A stretch of 64,000 bases of DNA, taken from assembly GCA_965222375.1 (NCBI GenBank), contig CBDCTZ010000014.1:64001-128000 (forward strand). Reading direction: 5' to 3'. The notes under the pieces were generated by a model that saw only the letters and a list, made by a program, of their open reading frames with translations, made no database searches and was not told the DNA's origin. The DNA is from Polyangiaceae bacterium (lineage in GTDB: Bacteria > Myxococcota_A > Polyangia > Polyangiales > Polyangiaceae). Positions 18,398 to 27,738 of the stretch are shown one piece after another; position 1 is the first letter of the stretch, and each line of letters begins with the position of its first letter. The position numbers were made by a program, and so were the translations under genes.

Positions 18398-18571
18398 CTA
18401 CTGTCCCCGCTGAGCGTTGACCTGGTACTCGCCGGTCTCCTCGTCGTAGTTCACTCGTAGACGCATGGGTCGACAACACACGCTGCAGTCTTCGATCAGA
18501 TCCTGTTCTGGCCCGCCGCCTGGGTCCACGTAGACGTCGACGGGCTCTCCGCAATAGGGGCAAAGGGTCAT
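18398..18571 (-). CDS. CPXCG-motif cysteine-rich small zinc-ribbon protein (57 aa, absent from ORF track)
   Basis: GGAGG RBS, then [57 protein letters not shown]. Confidence 0.88.
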   Translation of the reverse strand: MTLCPYCGEPVDVYVDPGGGPEQDLIEDCSVCCRPMRLRVNYDEETGEYQVNAQRGQ

Positions 18572-18611
18572 CGGCTGGGCCTCCGTGCGCCGTCGATGTG
18601 CGGGGGTTGGC

Positions 18612-19760
18612 TCATCGCTTCCGTTTCGTCGAGGCCTTCGAGGTCGCCTCGGGCAGCGAGACGCTGAAGTTCGCTCGCGCCACGCTGCGGCCGTTCACCA
18701 GGATCTCCACCGCGTGATTGCCAGCGTAGTAGCGGCGGGTCGTGATGGGTCGGATGGCGTGACGTTTCTTGAAGCGCTCCGCCTTGCCCGCCCCGAGAGA
18801 GAGCTTCTTCAACTTGAATACCTTGGGGCGCAAACTTCCGTCGGCTTTGCGATGATGGATGGCGTAGTCCACAACGAGGGATGCGACCTTCCTGGACTCG
18901 GACGTGAGCGTGAAGGCGATCTCGATGGCACCTCCGAGCTTCACCTTCTTCGGCTTCACGGACAGACCGCTCACTCGCACACGAGCCCTTTTGGCGTGGC
19001 CGAGCAGATCAAACACGCCGGCGTGGCCCGCTTTGACCAGGGAGCGAGTGGCACGCTCGATGATCCATCGCCGTTCCTTGGTTGCGCCACGATTCCAACG
19101 CTTGCATACGCGGATCAGCAGGTCCGGGTGGTCCTTGCCAATGTCGTTCAAGTGATTGGCGACGGAGCGACGAACGTATTCGGATTCGTCGTCCTTCAGC
19201 AGTTCGAGGAGCGCCAGGGTTGGGCGCGGGTCCTTGCGGAAGGCGTGCAGGTGGCCGCCCCAGGGCAGCAGCGGGCGGGTCCCCTCGGAGACGAGGCGTC
19301 GAACGTCTTTGTCTTTGTCTTGGGTCCAAGTCTTCAAGAGGGTCAAGCTCTCCTCCGGGTAGCGCCGCAGGAAGGGACGAATCGCGAACTCGGACGAAAA
19401 AAGTGGAGTGAGTTTGCGCAGGGCCGCCATGGAACGATCAAAGTCCTCCAGTCCGGCGTGGGCCACGTAGTCAATCAGGGGCCAGGCCGCGAAGCCACGA
19501 TAGGGGTCATTGGGATCTCCGTGATCCCAGCGAGCCGCAGCGCCGAGGACCACGCGAAGCGCCCGTGGGTAGGGCTTAGGCAGATGCTTGTCGAGGGCGG
19601 CGATGATGTGCCTGACCCGCGGCTTGAGCTCCAAGCCGCCGAGCCCCCGGCAAGCATCCCGCACGAACGCCTGGTCATCGAAGCTCTTGTTGGCTTTATG
19701 CAGACAGCGAGCGAGTCGCTTCACGGCGGGCCTGCCCAGGCCATCCTTCATCGGCTTCAT
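18612..19760 (-). CDS. DNA alkylation repair protein (AlkC/AlkD-like HEAT repeats with C-terminal beta domain)
   Basis: [58 protein letters not shown]. Confidence 0.88.
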   Translation of the reverse strand: MKPMKDGLGRPAVKRLARCLHKANKSFDDQAFVRDACRGLGGLELKPRVRHIIAALDKHLPKPYPRALRVVLGAAARWDHGDPNDPYRGFAAWPLIDYVAHAGLEDFDRSMAALRKLTPLFSSEFAIRPFLRRYPEESLTLLKTWTQDKDKDVRRLVSEGTRPLLPWGGHLHAFRKDPRPTLALLELLKDDESEYVRRSVANHLNDIGKDHPDLLIRVCKRWNRGATKERRWIIERATRSLVKAGHAGVFDLLGHAKRARVRVSGLSVKPKKVKLGGAIEIAFTLTSESRKVASLVVDYAIHHRKADGSLRPKVFKLKKLSLGAGKAERFKKRHAIRPITTRRYYAGNHAVEILVNGRSVARANFSVSLPEATSKASTKRKR

Positions 19761-19879
19761 GGCCGAAGCCTATCCCGGAAGTCCGCTCAATGGCTGGGGG
19801 CGAGCCGTAGGAGTTCGAGAGTTTGGCCCGAGCTGCCGCGATGCCCCCAGTGCGAGACGCATGGCCCTTCTGCGCCCTG

Positions 19880-19924
19880 GGATGCGAACCCCATCCCCTT
19901 ACTCCCCTTCCAACCTTTCTGTTC
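19880..19924 (-). repeat. Diverged single arm of the REP-like family seen at 2487
   Basis: Minus strand GAACAGAAAGGTTGGAAGGGGAGTAAGGGGATGGGGTTCGCATC resembles GAACAGGAGGCGGGAAGGTTGGGAAGG...GTTCGGATC. Confidence 0.5.
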
Positions 19925-19994
19925 ACTCTGATCTGGACCGCCCCGTTTCTGGGGCCGTGACGTTCGCGAGGTGAATCCGCTAAGCTTCCCGACC

Positions 19995-20498
19995 ATGAGC
20001 GAGCGTGTCGTCATCGAAACCAATCATGGCCCATTCACCATCAGCTTGGACGCCGCGACTGCGCCCAAGTCCGTGGCGAACTTCCTTTCGTACGTGGATG
20101 CGGGGCACTATGACGGCACGATCTTCCATCGAGTGATTGATGGCTTCATGGCGCAAGGCGGCGGCTACGACACGGCCTATACCAAGAAGCCCGTGCGGGC
20201 GCCGGTCGAAAACGAAGCAGACAACGGGGTCAAGAACGCCCGCGGCACCGTCGCGATGGCGCGAACCAGTGATCCTCATTCGGCGACAGCGCAATTCTTC
20301 GTGAACCTCAAGGACAACGCGTTCCTCGATCACAAGGCCAAGAGCGGATCGGACTGGGGCTACGCGGTTTTCGGCACCGTGACCGATGGGATGGACGTGG
20401 TCGACCGGATCAAGGCTGTGGCTACGGGCGCCCAGGGGCCCTTCGGCAAAGACGCACCCCTCGAGCAAGTCGTGATTCAATCGGCGCGCCGCGCGTAG
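19995..20498 (+). CDS. Cyclophilin-type peptidyl-prolyl cis-trans isomerase
   Basis: TIFHRVIDGFMAQGGG, VAMART, SATAQFFVN, GYAVFG. Confidence 0.95.
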   Translation: MSERVVIETNHGPFTISLDAATAPKSVANFLSYVDAGHYDGTIFHRVIDGFMAQGGGYDTAYTKKPVRAPVENEADNGVKNARGTVAMARTSDPHSATAQFFVNLKDNAFLDHKAKSGSDWGYAVFGTVTDGMDVVDRIKAVATGAQGPFGKDAPLEQVVIQSARRA

Positions 20499-20530
20499 TT
20501 CGAGCAGCAGCGCGTGTTAGGCTTGTAGAG

Positions 20531-22256
20531 ATGCGTCCAGGCGCGCCCCGACGGTTCCGAGTGCGCACCGCGATGGCGCTGTGCGCCATGACGGCCGTGG
20601 GCTGTGAGAAGAAGCCTGCTACTCAGGTGATCGTCGAGCTGCATGCCGAGCCTGGCGTGCTCGCCGCCGCGGCAAGCCTGCGGGTGGTGGTCGAAAGTGA
20701 GGAAGGCAACGTCGTCTTGGATCGCGAAAAAGCGGTCGACGCCGCGGTGGCAAAGCTGGCTCGCATTCCCCTGATTCCGAAGGGAGAGGACGCCACACGT
20801 CGCTTCCGCGTGCGGGCGTCGTTGTTGGATGCCGGCGCCGTGGAGCTCTCGAAGCTCGAAGCCCGCGCAGGGTATGTCGAGGACGAGCTCAGGGAGTTGG
20901 AGCTCTGGTTTTCCGACGCCTGCCAAGGAAAGCTCGATTGTGGTGATGGGCGCACGTGTCATCAGGGGCGCTGCGTCGGTTCCTGTTTCAATCCGGGATC
21001 CGCTGGGCCCGCATCTCCGACGTGTGGGGAGTGCCAAGTGTGCGCGGACTCTTGTCAGAGCCAGGACGGGCTCGCGTGTGGATGCCCGGGTGAGACCTGC
21101 TCCGCCGGCACTTGTGGGCCCGGCGCGCGGGTCGGGCAGGTGGCGGCGGGCAGCGTTTCGACCTGCGCTTCCCTGGAAGGGGGAGATACCTACTGCTGGG
21201 GCTCTACGACCTTTGGCGGCAACTTGAACGGGCAGAAGGGGCGCTTGGGAACCGGCGATCAGGGTGAGGACTCCGCGGTTCCGGTGAAGGTCCCGGGAAT
21301 CACCGCACGCAAAGGGCTCACGATTGGCAGCAACCATACCTGCACCATCACCTTTGGGGACCGAGCGTGCTGGGGGCTCAACTTTCAGGGTGAACTCGGC
21401 GGCGACATCGGGAGCGTGATCTCCAGTCCACATTCGTTCACTGAGACCTTCTCCCTCGAGGCGATTGTCAGTGGCTTTCGTCACACCTGTGGTTTGACTC
21501 AGGCCAACGAATTGTGGTGCTGAGGCTATAACGAGCGGGGGAACCTGGGGCTGGGTAACACCCAGGAGAACTACAAAGTGCCCACCCTGGTGTCCTCGAG
21601 CTTTTCGGAGGTGGCTGCGGGCGGGGATCACACCTGCGCGGTGGATGCCGCGGGCCAGCTATTCTGTTGGGGGTTCAACGATTCCACGGAACTCGGGGTG
21701 CCTACTGCGAAGGAGGTGCCGATGCCGCTGCGTCCCGGATGCGAACCCGAGAATGCCGGGGACTCCTGCTTTGACGACTACCGCGCGGTGGGTGTTGGTG
21801 CGTTTCACAGTTGCGGTATCCGTGAATCGGGAGAGATGCGGTGTTTTGGTGGCAACCTCAACGGCCAGCTGGGGATTGGGCCGCCAACTTCGAGCTACGA
21901 GGAGAGCGAACCTCGTCGCGTCGTCGGCAGCGAGAAGTGGGCCGATGTGTCCGGAGGGCGCTCCTACACCTGTGGCCTCTCGGACAAGGGCGAACTCTTC
22001 TGCTGGGGGCTAAACGAAGATCGCCAGCTGGGGATCCCGGGTGTGGACTTCGTGACCGTGCCAACCAAAGTTCCTGTCGAGGCGCCGGGAGGTTGGCGTT
22101 TCTTGTCTACGGGGCAGTTTCACGCCTGCGCGATCCGCGCCGACCGCACCTTGTGGTGCTGGGGGCGAAACGAGGCGGGGCATTGGAGCGGCGAGCGTGG
22201 AGCCCGTCGAACGCCCGACGCGCGTCTGCTTCCCAGCGTCATCCAGCGCCGGCTAG
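20531..22256 (+). pseudogene. RCC1-repeat lipoprotein with a nonsense codon and a frameshift
   Basis: Repeated HTC...CWG-x-N-x-x-GQLG units. In-frame TGA at 21521-21523 replaces Trp in LWC*GYN. The last repeat lacks QLG and shifts frame near 22180, with GIGAASVEPVERPTRVCFP... ending at TAG 22256. Confidence 0.82.
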
Positions 22257-23936
22257 CTGTCCGAGAGTGGTCAGCCCCGTCAACTGATCCGCACGCAGTC
22301 GTGCAGTCGGCTCCGAGAAGATGGTGTCTTCGACGATGTAGGCCACGGCGCGGCCGCGCTTCTGAGCGTCGCATGCTCCCTGATCGGACAGTTCCGCCAG
22401 GGCGCTTTGGGCCGCGCGCAGCGAAATCCCCAAGCTGCTCGCCATGTCCTTGGCGCTTGCGCTGCCTCGCTCGGACAGCAGTCGGAGCACGCGGTCTGCA
22501 GTGCGCTGCGAGACGCGTGGATCCGGGATGACCAATGGCTGCACCGAGGTGAGCCGAAGCAGATCCCCATCCTTTGTGATCTCACCAGCATCGCCCAGCA
22601 CGCCCCGAGTGCGATGCAGCAAGACGTCGAAAACACCTCGATGAACTTCTGGCACGAAGGGGAAGCCGTAGGTCTCAGCGAAGCACTCTGTTTCGGCCAT
22701 CTGCGCGCCTTCGCTCAGCGCCAATACGGCCATGACGGTTTCGATCCGCCCCTGGGCCCGCTGGGACTGCCGCACCCGGTGCGCGTTGGGCAAGTTCAGC
22801 TGTTCCATTCCCCAATGCAGAACCCGCACAGCCCGACCATCGCCGAATCGAACCACGTAGGCGGCAGCGGATTCGTCGGACTGTCCGTCTCCGCGAAGCC
22901 GCAGCCCGTGCAGGGCGGCGGGTATCAACGGGTCTCGCCCGGCGCGCCAAGCGGCAACTTGTGCATTCTCGGGTTGCACCTCGGGATCCGATGCGGCGAT
23001 GAGGACTTGAGCGTCTCGAGACGCCGGCAAGAAGCTGCGATTCGACTCGAGCCGGGCGCGGGACTCCGATGCGCGCTGGCTGTCGCCTCGGGTGGCCGCT
23101 TGGAGTAGGGCGAGCAGAGCTTCGCCGCTACTACGCACGGCTGTCTGCCCCGCCAACTGGAGATCCCCTTCTGCGGATTCCGCGTCGCCACCTGCCATCA
23201 ACCATTCCCAGCACAGCCATCCGCGCCAGGGATCCGTCACGACGCTCCTCAGGGCTTCAAGGATCCGTAGTGAGAGATGGGATTGCCGTGCGTGACGTCG
23301 CGCGCGCGCCAACACGACATGGGCAAGGAATTCGGGTTGCGGCAGCCCTTCGCTCCGCGCCGCTAGGGAAGCTCGCCGGGCGAGCCCGAGTGCCTCACTC
23401 TGCTCGCCGCCCTCGAGGGTGGCGAGGGCCCGCAACGCCTGGGCTTCGACGACCAATGCCGCCGACTTTGCCCGCAACGCCTTTTGCATCAGTTCGTTGC
23501 ACTGCACTCCACAGCTTTCGACGTCGCCCTCGACGTAGTCCGCCCAGGCCGCACAAAGGGACGTGAGCAGGGACTCGCTCTCGCCGAGCCCGGGCGCGAG
23601 CCTCGGCGCGAGGGTCGCGAGGTCCACGACCCGCTCAGGGTCGAATGCCAATGCCGCCAGGCGCAGCGCGTCCGTCAGGCTGCGAATGGCGGCACGGCGC
23701 GCCAAGGGCGGTCCGTCCACGAAGTCCGCGAGGTGACTCAGCCGCGGCTTTACGCCGTAGCGGGGGGCCGTGAGAGCCAGTTGGCTCCGCAATGCCATGG
23801 CCCAGGCGCGTGCCACCGGGTTTAGCGTGCTCTCCAAAGCTCGGATCACGGGGCCCACACGCGTGAGATCGCCGGAAGCCACCCGTTCATGGTTGGCCTC
23901 AGCGGCCTGCCAGAGGGCATCGAGCGCGAGGGTCAC
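22239..23936 (-). CDS. Helical-repeat protein with C-terminal winged HTH (putative regulator)
   Basis: Ala/Leu-rich helical body; C-terminal SAKDMASSLGISLRAAQSALAEL...GRAVAY wHTH. Confidence 0.7.
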   Translation of the reverse strand: MTLALDALWQAAEANHERVASGDLTRVGPVIRALESTLNPVARAWAMALRSQLALTAPRYGVKPRLSHLADFVDGPPLARRAAIRSLTDALRLAALAFDPERVVDLATLAPRLAPGLGESESLLTSLCAAWADYVEGDVESCGVQCNELMQKALRAKSAALVVEAQALRALATLEGGEQSEALGLARRASLAARSEGLPQPEFLAHVVLARARRHARQSHLSLRILEALRSVVTDPWRGWLCWEWLMAGGDAESAEGDLQLAGQTAVRSSGEALLALLQAATRGDSQRASESRARLESNRSFLPASRDAQVLIAASDPEVQPENAQVAAWRAGRDPLIPAALHGLRLRGDGQSDESAAAYVVRFGDGRAVRVLHWGMEQLNLPNAHRVRQSQRAQGRIETVMAVLALSEGAQMAETECFAETYGFPFVPEVHRGVFDVLLHRTRGVLGDAGEITKDGDLLRLTSVQPLVIPDPRVSQRTADRVLRLLSERGSASAKDMASSLGISLRAAQSALAELSDQGACDAQKRGRAVAYIVEDTIFSEPTARLRADQLTGLTTLGQLAGAG

Positions 23937-23942
23937 GTCGGT

Positions 23943-23954
23943 GCAGTATACTGC
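23943..23954. promoter_or_regulatory. Palindrome GCAGTATACTGC containing TATACT -10 boxes on both strands
   Basis: Perfect 12-bp palindrome. Each TATACT is 8 nt upstream of a divergent start codon (GTG 23936 and TTG 23961). Confidence 0.7.
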
Positions 23955-23960
23955 CGCACC

Positions 23961-25313
23961 TTGGATAACACTCCGGAACTCGCGTCGAGCTTCGCCTCAT
24001 ACCGGCCTCTGTGCACCTTGGCCTCCGGGGGAATGGGTCGCGTCGATCTCGTGGTGCGCCGAGAGGGGAGCTTTGAGCGACTTTTTGCCGTCAAACGCCT
24101 CAAGCCGGAGCTCGCGGGGGAAGAAGAAGTCCGTGGGATGTTTTTGGACGAAGGCCGCATTGCCGGTCTGATTCGGCATCCCAACGTGGTGAGCGTGGTG
24201 GATGTCGGCGAGGACGACAGTGGTCCTTTTTTGGTGATGCAATACGTGGAAGGCATTACCGCGGCCCAGCTCATCTCGGCAGCGCAGGCGCAACCCATCC
24301 CGATGGAGGTTGCTCTCAAGATCGTGATGCACGCTGCGGAGGGGTTGCACGCGGCGCACGAACAAGCGGGTCCGGACGGGCGACCCCTCGAGCTGGTCCA
24401 CCGGGACGTGTCCCCACAGAACATCATGATCGGGTTCGACGGCGTCACGCTGGTTACGGACTTCGGGATTGCGAAAGCGCTGGGGCGAGTCAGCAAGACC
24501 TCCACGGGCGTGCTCAAGGGCAAGTTGGGTTATCTGGCGCCGGAGCAGCTGCGTTTCGAAGAACCCGATCGGCGCGCGGATCTCTTCGCGCTGGGCGTGG
24601 TCTTGTTCGAGCTCTTGACCGGTCGTCGCCTGTACAAGAGTCGCGAAGGTACCGACGGACCACGGCGGATCCTATCCGAGCCTCCGCCGGACCTGGCGGA
24701 CTATCGGGACGACGTCGAACCGGAATTGGTGGAGCTTTCCTTCGAGCTCTTGGCCAAGCGACGACAGGACCGACCCGATGATGCCAAGAGCGTGGCGCGA
24801 CGTTTGGAGGCCATACTGGCCTCGGTCGTTGCGACTGGACAATCCGTGGACGTCGCAGAGTTTCTGGACACGCACTTCTCGGAGCGACGGGCCGAGGCCC
24901 GGGCACGGATCACCGAAGCCCGGGAGCAGGTTGCGGCTCTGACAACGAGTGCTGTCCCTCCGTCGTCCCCGCTCTCGGCGCCCCAACAGCGATCCAGCCG
25001 TAGCCCGGTCGTCTGGCTACTCTCCTCGGTAGTCGTGGCTGGAGTTGCCGCGGCAACGGGCTTTGCGCTCTCCAAGGGTGGAAGCTCCGCTGTCGCATCT
25101 GCCCCGCAAAGTTCGAGCCCGCCCGTCGCCGCTGCCTTGGTGACCGCTGAGCCCTCGGTCGCGTTGCCTGCGGTTGCTCCCCCGGCACCCGCTCCCAGCG
25201 CGTCCGTCGTACCCGCGGCGCCCACTCCGGCCGTCGTGCCGAAAGCTCGACGGCGCCCGGCCCTCAAGCCGCCAAAGACGAAGCCTGGCGTGCCCATATG
25301 GGAGAACTACTGA
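23961..25313 (+). CDS. Membrane-anchored Ser/Thr protein kinase
   Basis: GGMGRV, AVK, HRDVSPQN, DFG and YLAPE motifs, then a TM segment and Pro-rich tail. Confidence 0.93.
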   Translation: MDNTPELASSFASYRPLCTLASGGMGRVDLVVRREGSFERLFAVKRLKPELAGEEEVRGMFLDEGRIAGLIRHPNVVSVVDVGEDDSGPFLVMQYVEGITAAQLISAAQAQPIPMEVALKIVMHAAEGLHAAHEQAGPDGRPLELVHRDVSPQNIMIGFDGVTLVTDFGIAKALGRVSKTSTGVLKGKLGYLAPEQLRFEEPDRRADLFALGVVLFELLTGRRLYKSREGTDGPRRILSEPPPDLADYRDDVEPELVELSFELLAKRRQDRPDDAKSVARRLEAILASVVATGQSVDVAEFLDTHFSERRAEARARITEAREQVAALTTSAVPPSSPLSAPQQRSSRSPVVWLLSSVVVAGVAAATGFALSKGGSSAVASAPQSSSPPVAAALVTAEPSVALPAVAPPAPAPSASVVPAAPTPAVVPKARRRPALKPPKTKPGVPIWENY

Positions 25314-26266
25314 TGCGTGGACTACCGCAGCTCTGGAGCGTGCTGCTTGCGGCCGTGTTCGTCTTGAGCGCACCCGTGGCGGCTGCGGCCGCGACCGCTG
25401 AAGACAGGGAGCGGGCCAGGGAGCTCTTCGAGCAGGGTAAGGCAGCCATGAGCGTTGGACGCTTCGCCCAGGCCGAGGACAAGTTCAGCCAATCCTTGCG
25501 TCTCGTGCCCAAAGCCAGTGCAGCGTTCAATCTGGCCGTGGCGTTCCGCGGTACCGGCAAGCCCAAGGAGGCCTCGGAAGTGCTGGCCCGGCTGGTCAAG
25601 GGCGACTACGGCGAGGTGCCGCGTGAAATGCGCTCTCAGGCTCGGCAGTTGACCGCCGAAGCGCGCCGGGACATCGCGACGCTTTCCGTGGTGCAGAAGG
25701 GTGCGCCCCGGGCCGAAGTGCGCATTGACGGCAGCCCCGTCGGCACGGCCTTGCAGGGCAAGGTGCTGTCGGTGCAGGTCAATCCCGGCGAGCGCTTGCT
25801 GTCCGTGTCTGCGCCTTTGCGCAAGCCGTGGGAATCGAGAGTGACGGTGGCCGCCGGCAAGGCGCGACGCGTCACGGCCACCCTCGTGCTTTCTCGGGCG
25901 GCGCGCATGAGCACCTTGGAGCTGTTAGCCAAGGACCGTCGTGGTTCGCTCGAGATTTTGGGAGTGGCGAGGGGGCGCGGGCGCATCATCAAGAAACTCG
26001 ATCCTGGCAAGTACCGCGTGCGCCTACGATCGCCCGAAGGGGATCGTGACACGGTGGTCGTGCTGCGCCCTGCGACTCGTCACCGCGTGGAGCTGGAACC
26101 CGAGCGAGGTGGCTTGGTCGAAAGTCCGTGGTTTTGGACGGCAGCTGGGACCGTTGTCGTGGGGGCTGCGATCGGGGCCTACCTGCTACTGCGGGATCCC
26201 AACGAGGACCCGGTTCGCGATCCGGAGTTCTCCGTGGTCGAAACCCTGAGCCCCATGCGCTGGTGA
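25313..26266 (+). CDS. TPR + PEGA domain protein
   Basis: Signal peptide, ARELFEQG TPR, AEVRIDG PEGA, PWFW tail. Start overlaps the kinase stop (TGATG). Confidence 0.85.
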   Translation: MRGLPQLWSVLLAAVFVLSAPVAAAAATAEDRERARELFEQGKAAMSVGRFAQAEDKFSQSLRLVPKASAAFNLAVAFRGTGKPKEASEVLARLVKGDYGEVPREMRSQARQLTAEARRDIATLSVVQKGAPRAEVRIDGSPVGTALQGKVLSVQVNPGERLLSVSAPLRKPWESRVTVAAGKARRVTATLVLSRAARMSTLELLAKDRRGSLEILGVARGRGRIIKKLDPGKYRVRLRSPEGDRDTVVVLRPATRHRVELEPERGGLVESPWFWTAAGTVVVGAAIGAYLLLRDPNEDPVRDPEFSVVETLSPMRW

Positions 26267-26289
26267 TGCGCTCACTCGAGCGCAGGCGC

Positions 26290-27738
26290 TCAGCCTAGTT
26301 CGGACAGGGGGCCCTTCTTGTAGGCCGCGTCGTTGCCGAAGTGGGCGTCGTCGTAGCCGAAGGCCTGCAGGATGGACGTGAACACGTTGTGGGTCGAGGC
26401 GTCCGTGTCGTAGTTGAGCGTATTGGGGTCGCTTGCCGCGGGCTTGTTGTAGTTGATGTGACGACCCGTCTGCCAGCGGCCGCCTGCCTTGCCCGCGAGC
26501 AGCACCGGCACGTCGCGCACCGAGTGCACGCTTGCGGTGGAAAACTCGCTGGTGAACAACACCACGCTGTTGTCGAGCATGTTGCTGGTGCCTTCGGGGG
26601 TGTTCTTCAGGCCGTCGAGGAGCCGGGCGAGCATGGTCATGCGCCACTGGCGGTTGGGGGTGATCTCCCCGAAGAAGTCGTTGATCCGGGACTTGCTCGG
26701 ACCTGTCGGCCCCACGTCCCGGGCGGCGTGGCCAAGGCTGTGTCCGAGGTTGTGACCCCAGGGCGTCGGCAGCCAGTCCGTGATCAGGTCGGCGATCTGC
26801 AGCGTCGCGACGTTGCTCAGGCCGCAGCGCATCGCGTGTACGATGATATCCACCATCAAGGGCGCGACCTTCTCGGCGTCCTTGTTGCCGTTCGGTGCTC
26901 CGCTCATGTCGGGCAGGGTGCACGCTGCGGTCACTTCACCGAGAGTCGCCAATTGCTTTTCCATGCCGCGAATGTGGTCGGCGTGGGCATCAAGAAGCTG
27001 TTGGTCTGCCGTGCCGACTTGCTTTCGGAACATGGTGAATCCGTCGAGTACGCCATCCAGAACGCTCTTCTTCTGCGCACGGATCTTGAGTAGCTCCGGA
27101 TCCGGACCTGAGCTCGGGTTCACGTTCTTGAACAGGCGGTCGAAGGCGGCCTGGGGGCTCGACTCGCTCGAGACGGTTTGTTTCGCAGCGCTGAAGAAGG
27201 GCGTTCCGTATTGGTGACCGTAAACCGAGAGATCGATCGACGGAAAGGCCGTGGGATTGTCCTGACTGAGCCGTGATGCAAGCACTTGGTCCAGAGAAGG
27301 GCCTAGGGCGGTGTAGGATTTTTCGCCGGCGTCGTGCGCATCGGCGCAGGTCATGGCGGTGACGTTGGAATGCCGGTGGCCTCCGCCATAGGGGGCTCGG
27401 GTGCCCGCCATGTTGTCCACGCCCCGGAGCAAGATCAGCTCGTCGCTGAGGGCAACCAAAGGCGACATCTCCTCTCCCACCACGAGCGTGGAGCCGGGAT
27501 CTGCCGGGGCCCATAGGTCCGACCCATGGTGGTTGCCCTTGCCGCTCTCCTTCTTTCCTTTGCGGTCTCGACAGCTGATTGTTCCGCCGTGGCTGAAGAC
27601 GACGATGAATCGCTTGGCTTGGGTGGGCAGGGGGCCAGCAATCGCGCTGCCTCGAGTCGCTTCTAGTAGCGGCAACGCGACGCACAGACCACCCGCCCCG
27701 ACCAAGAACGCGCGTCGGCTTTGCTTGCGGAAGCTCAT
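26290..27738 (-). CDS. DUF1552 domain protein (Tat-exported)
   Basis: SRRAFL twin-arginine signal, SLDQVLA, KKSVLD, MLDNSVV; translationally coupled to the DUF1592 gene. Confidence 0.85.
   Translation of the reverse strand: MSFRKQSRRAFLVGAGGLCVALPLLEATRGSAIAGPLPTQAKRFIVVFSHGGTISCRDRKGKKESGKGNHHGSDLWAPADPGSTLVVGEEMSPLVALSDELILLRGVDNMAGTRAPYGGGHRHSNVTAMTCADAHDAGEKSYTALGPSLDQVLASRLSQDNPTAFPSIDLSVYGHQYGTPFFSAAKQTVSSESSPQAAFDRLFKNVNPSSGPDPELLKIRAQKKSVLDGVLDGFTMFRKQVGTADQQLLDAHADHIRGMEKQLATLGEVTAACTLPDMSGAPNGNKDAEKVAPLMVDIIVHAMRCGLSNVATLQIADLITDWLPTPWGHNLGHSLGHAARDVGPTGPSKSRINDFFGEITPNRQWRMTMLARLLDGLKNTPEGTSNMLDNSVVLFTSEFSTASVHSVRDVPVLLAGKAGGRWQTGRHINYNKPAASDPNTLNYDTDASTHNVFTSILQAFGYDDAHFGNDAAYKKGPLSELG

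Noticed and set aside
21521..21523. TGA recoded as Trp or selenocysteine
   Set aside because: Many genes here end in TGA, the position is a Trp rather than Cys site, and the same gene has a second lesion.
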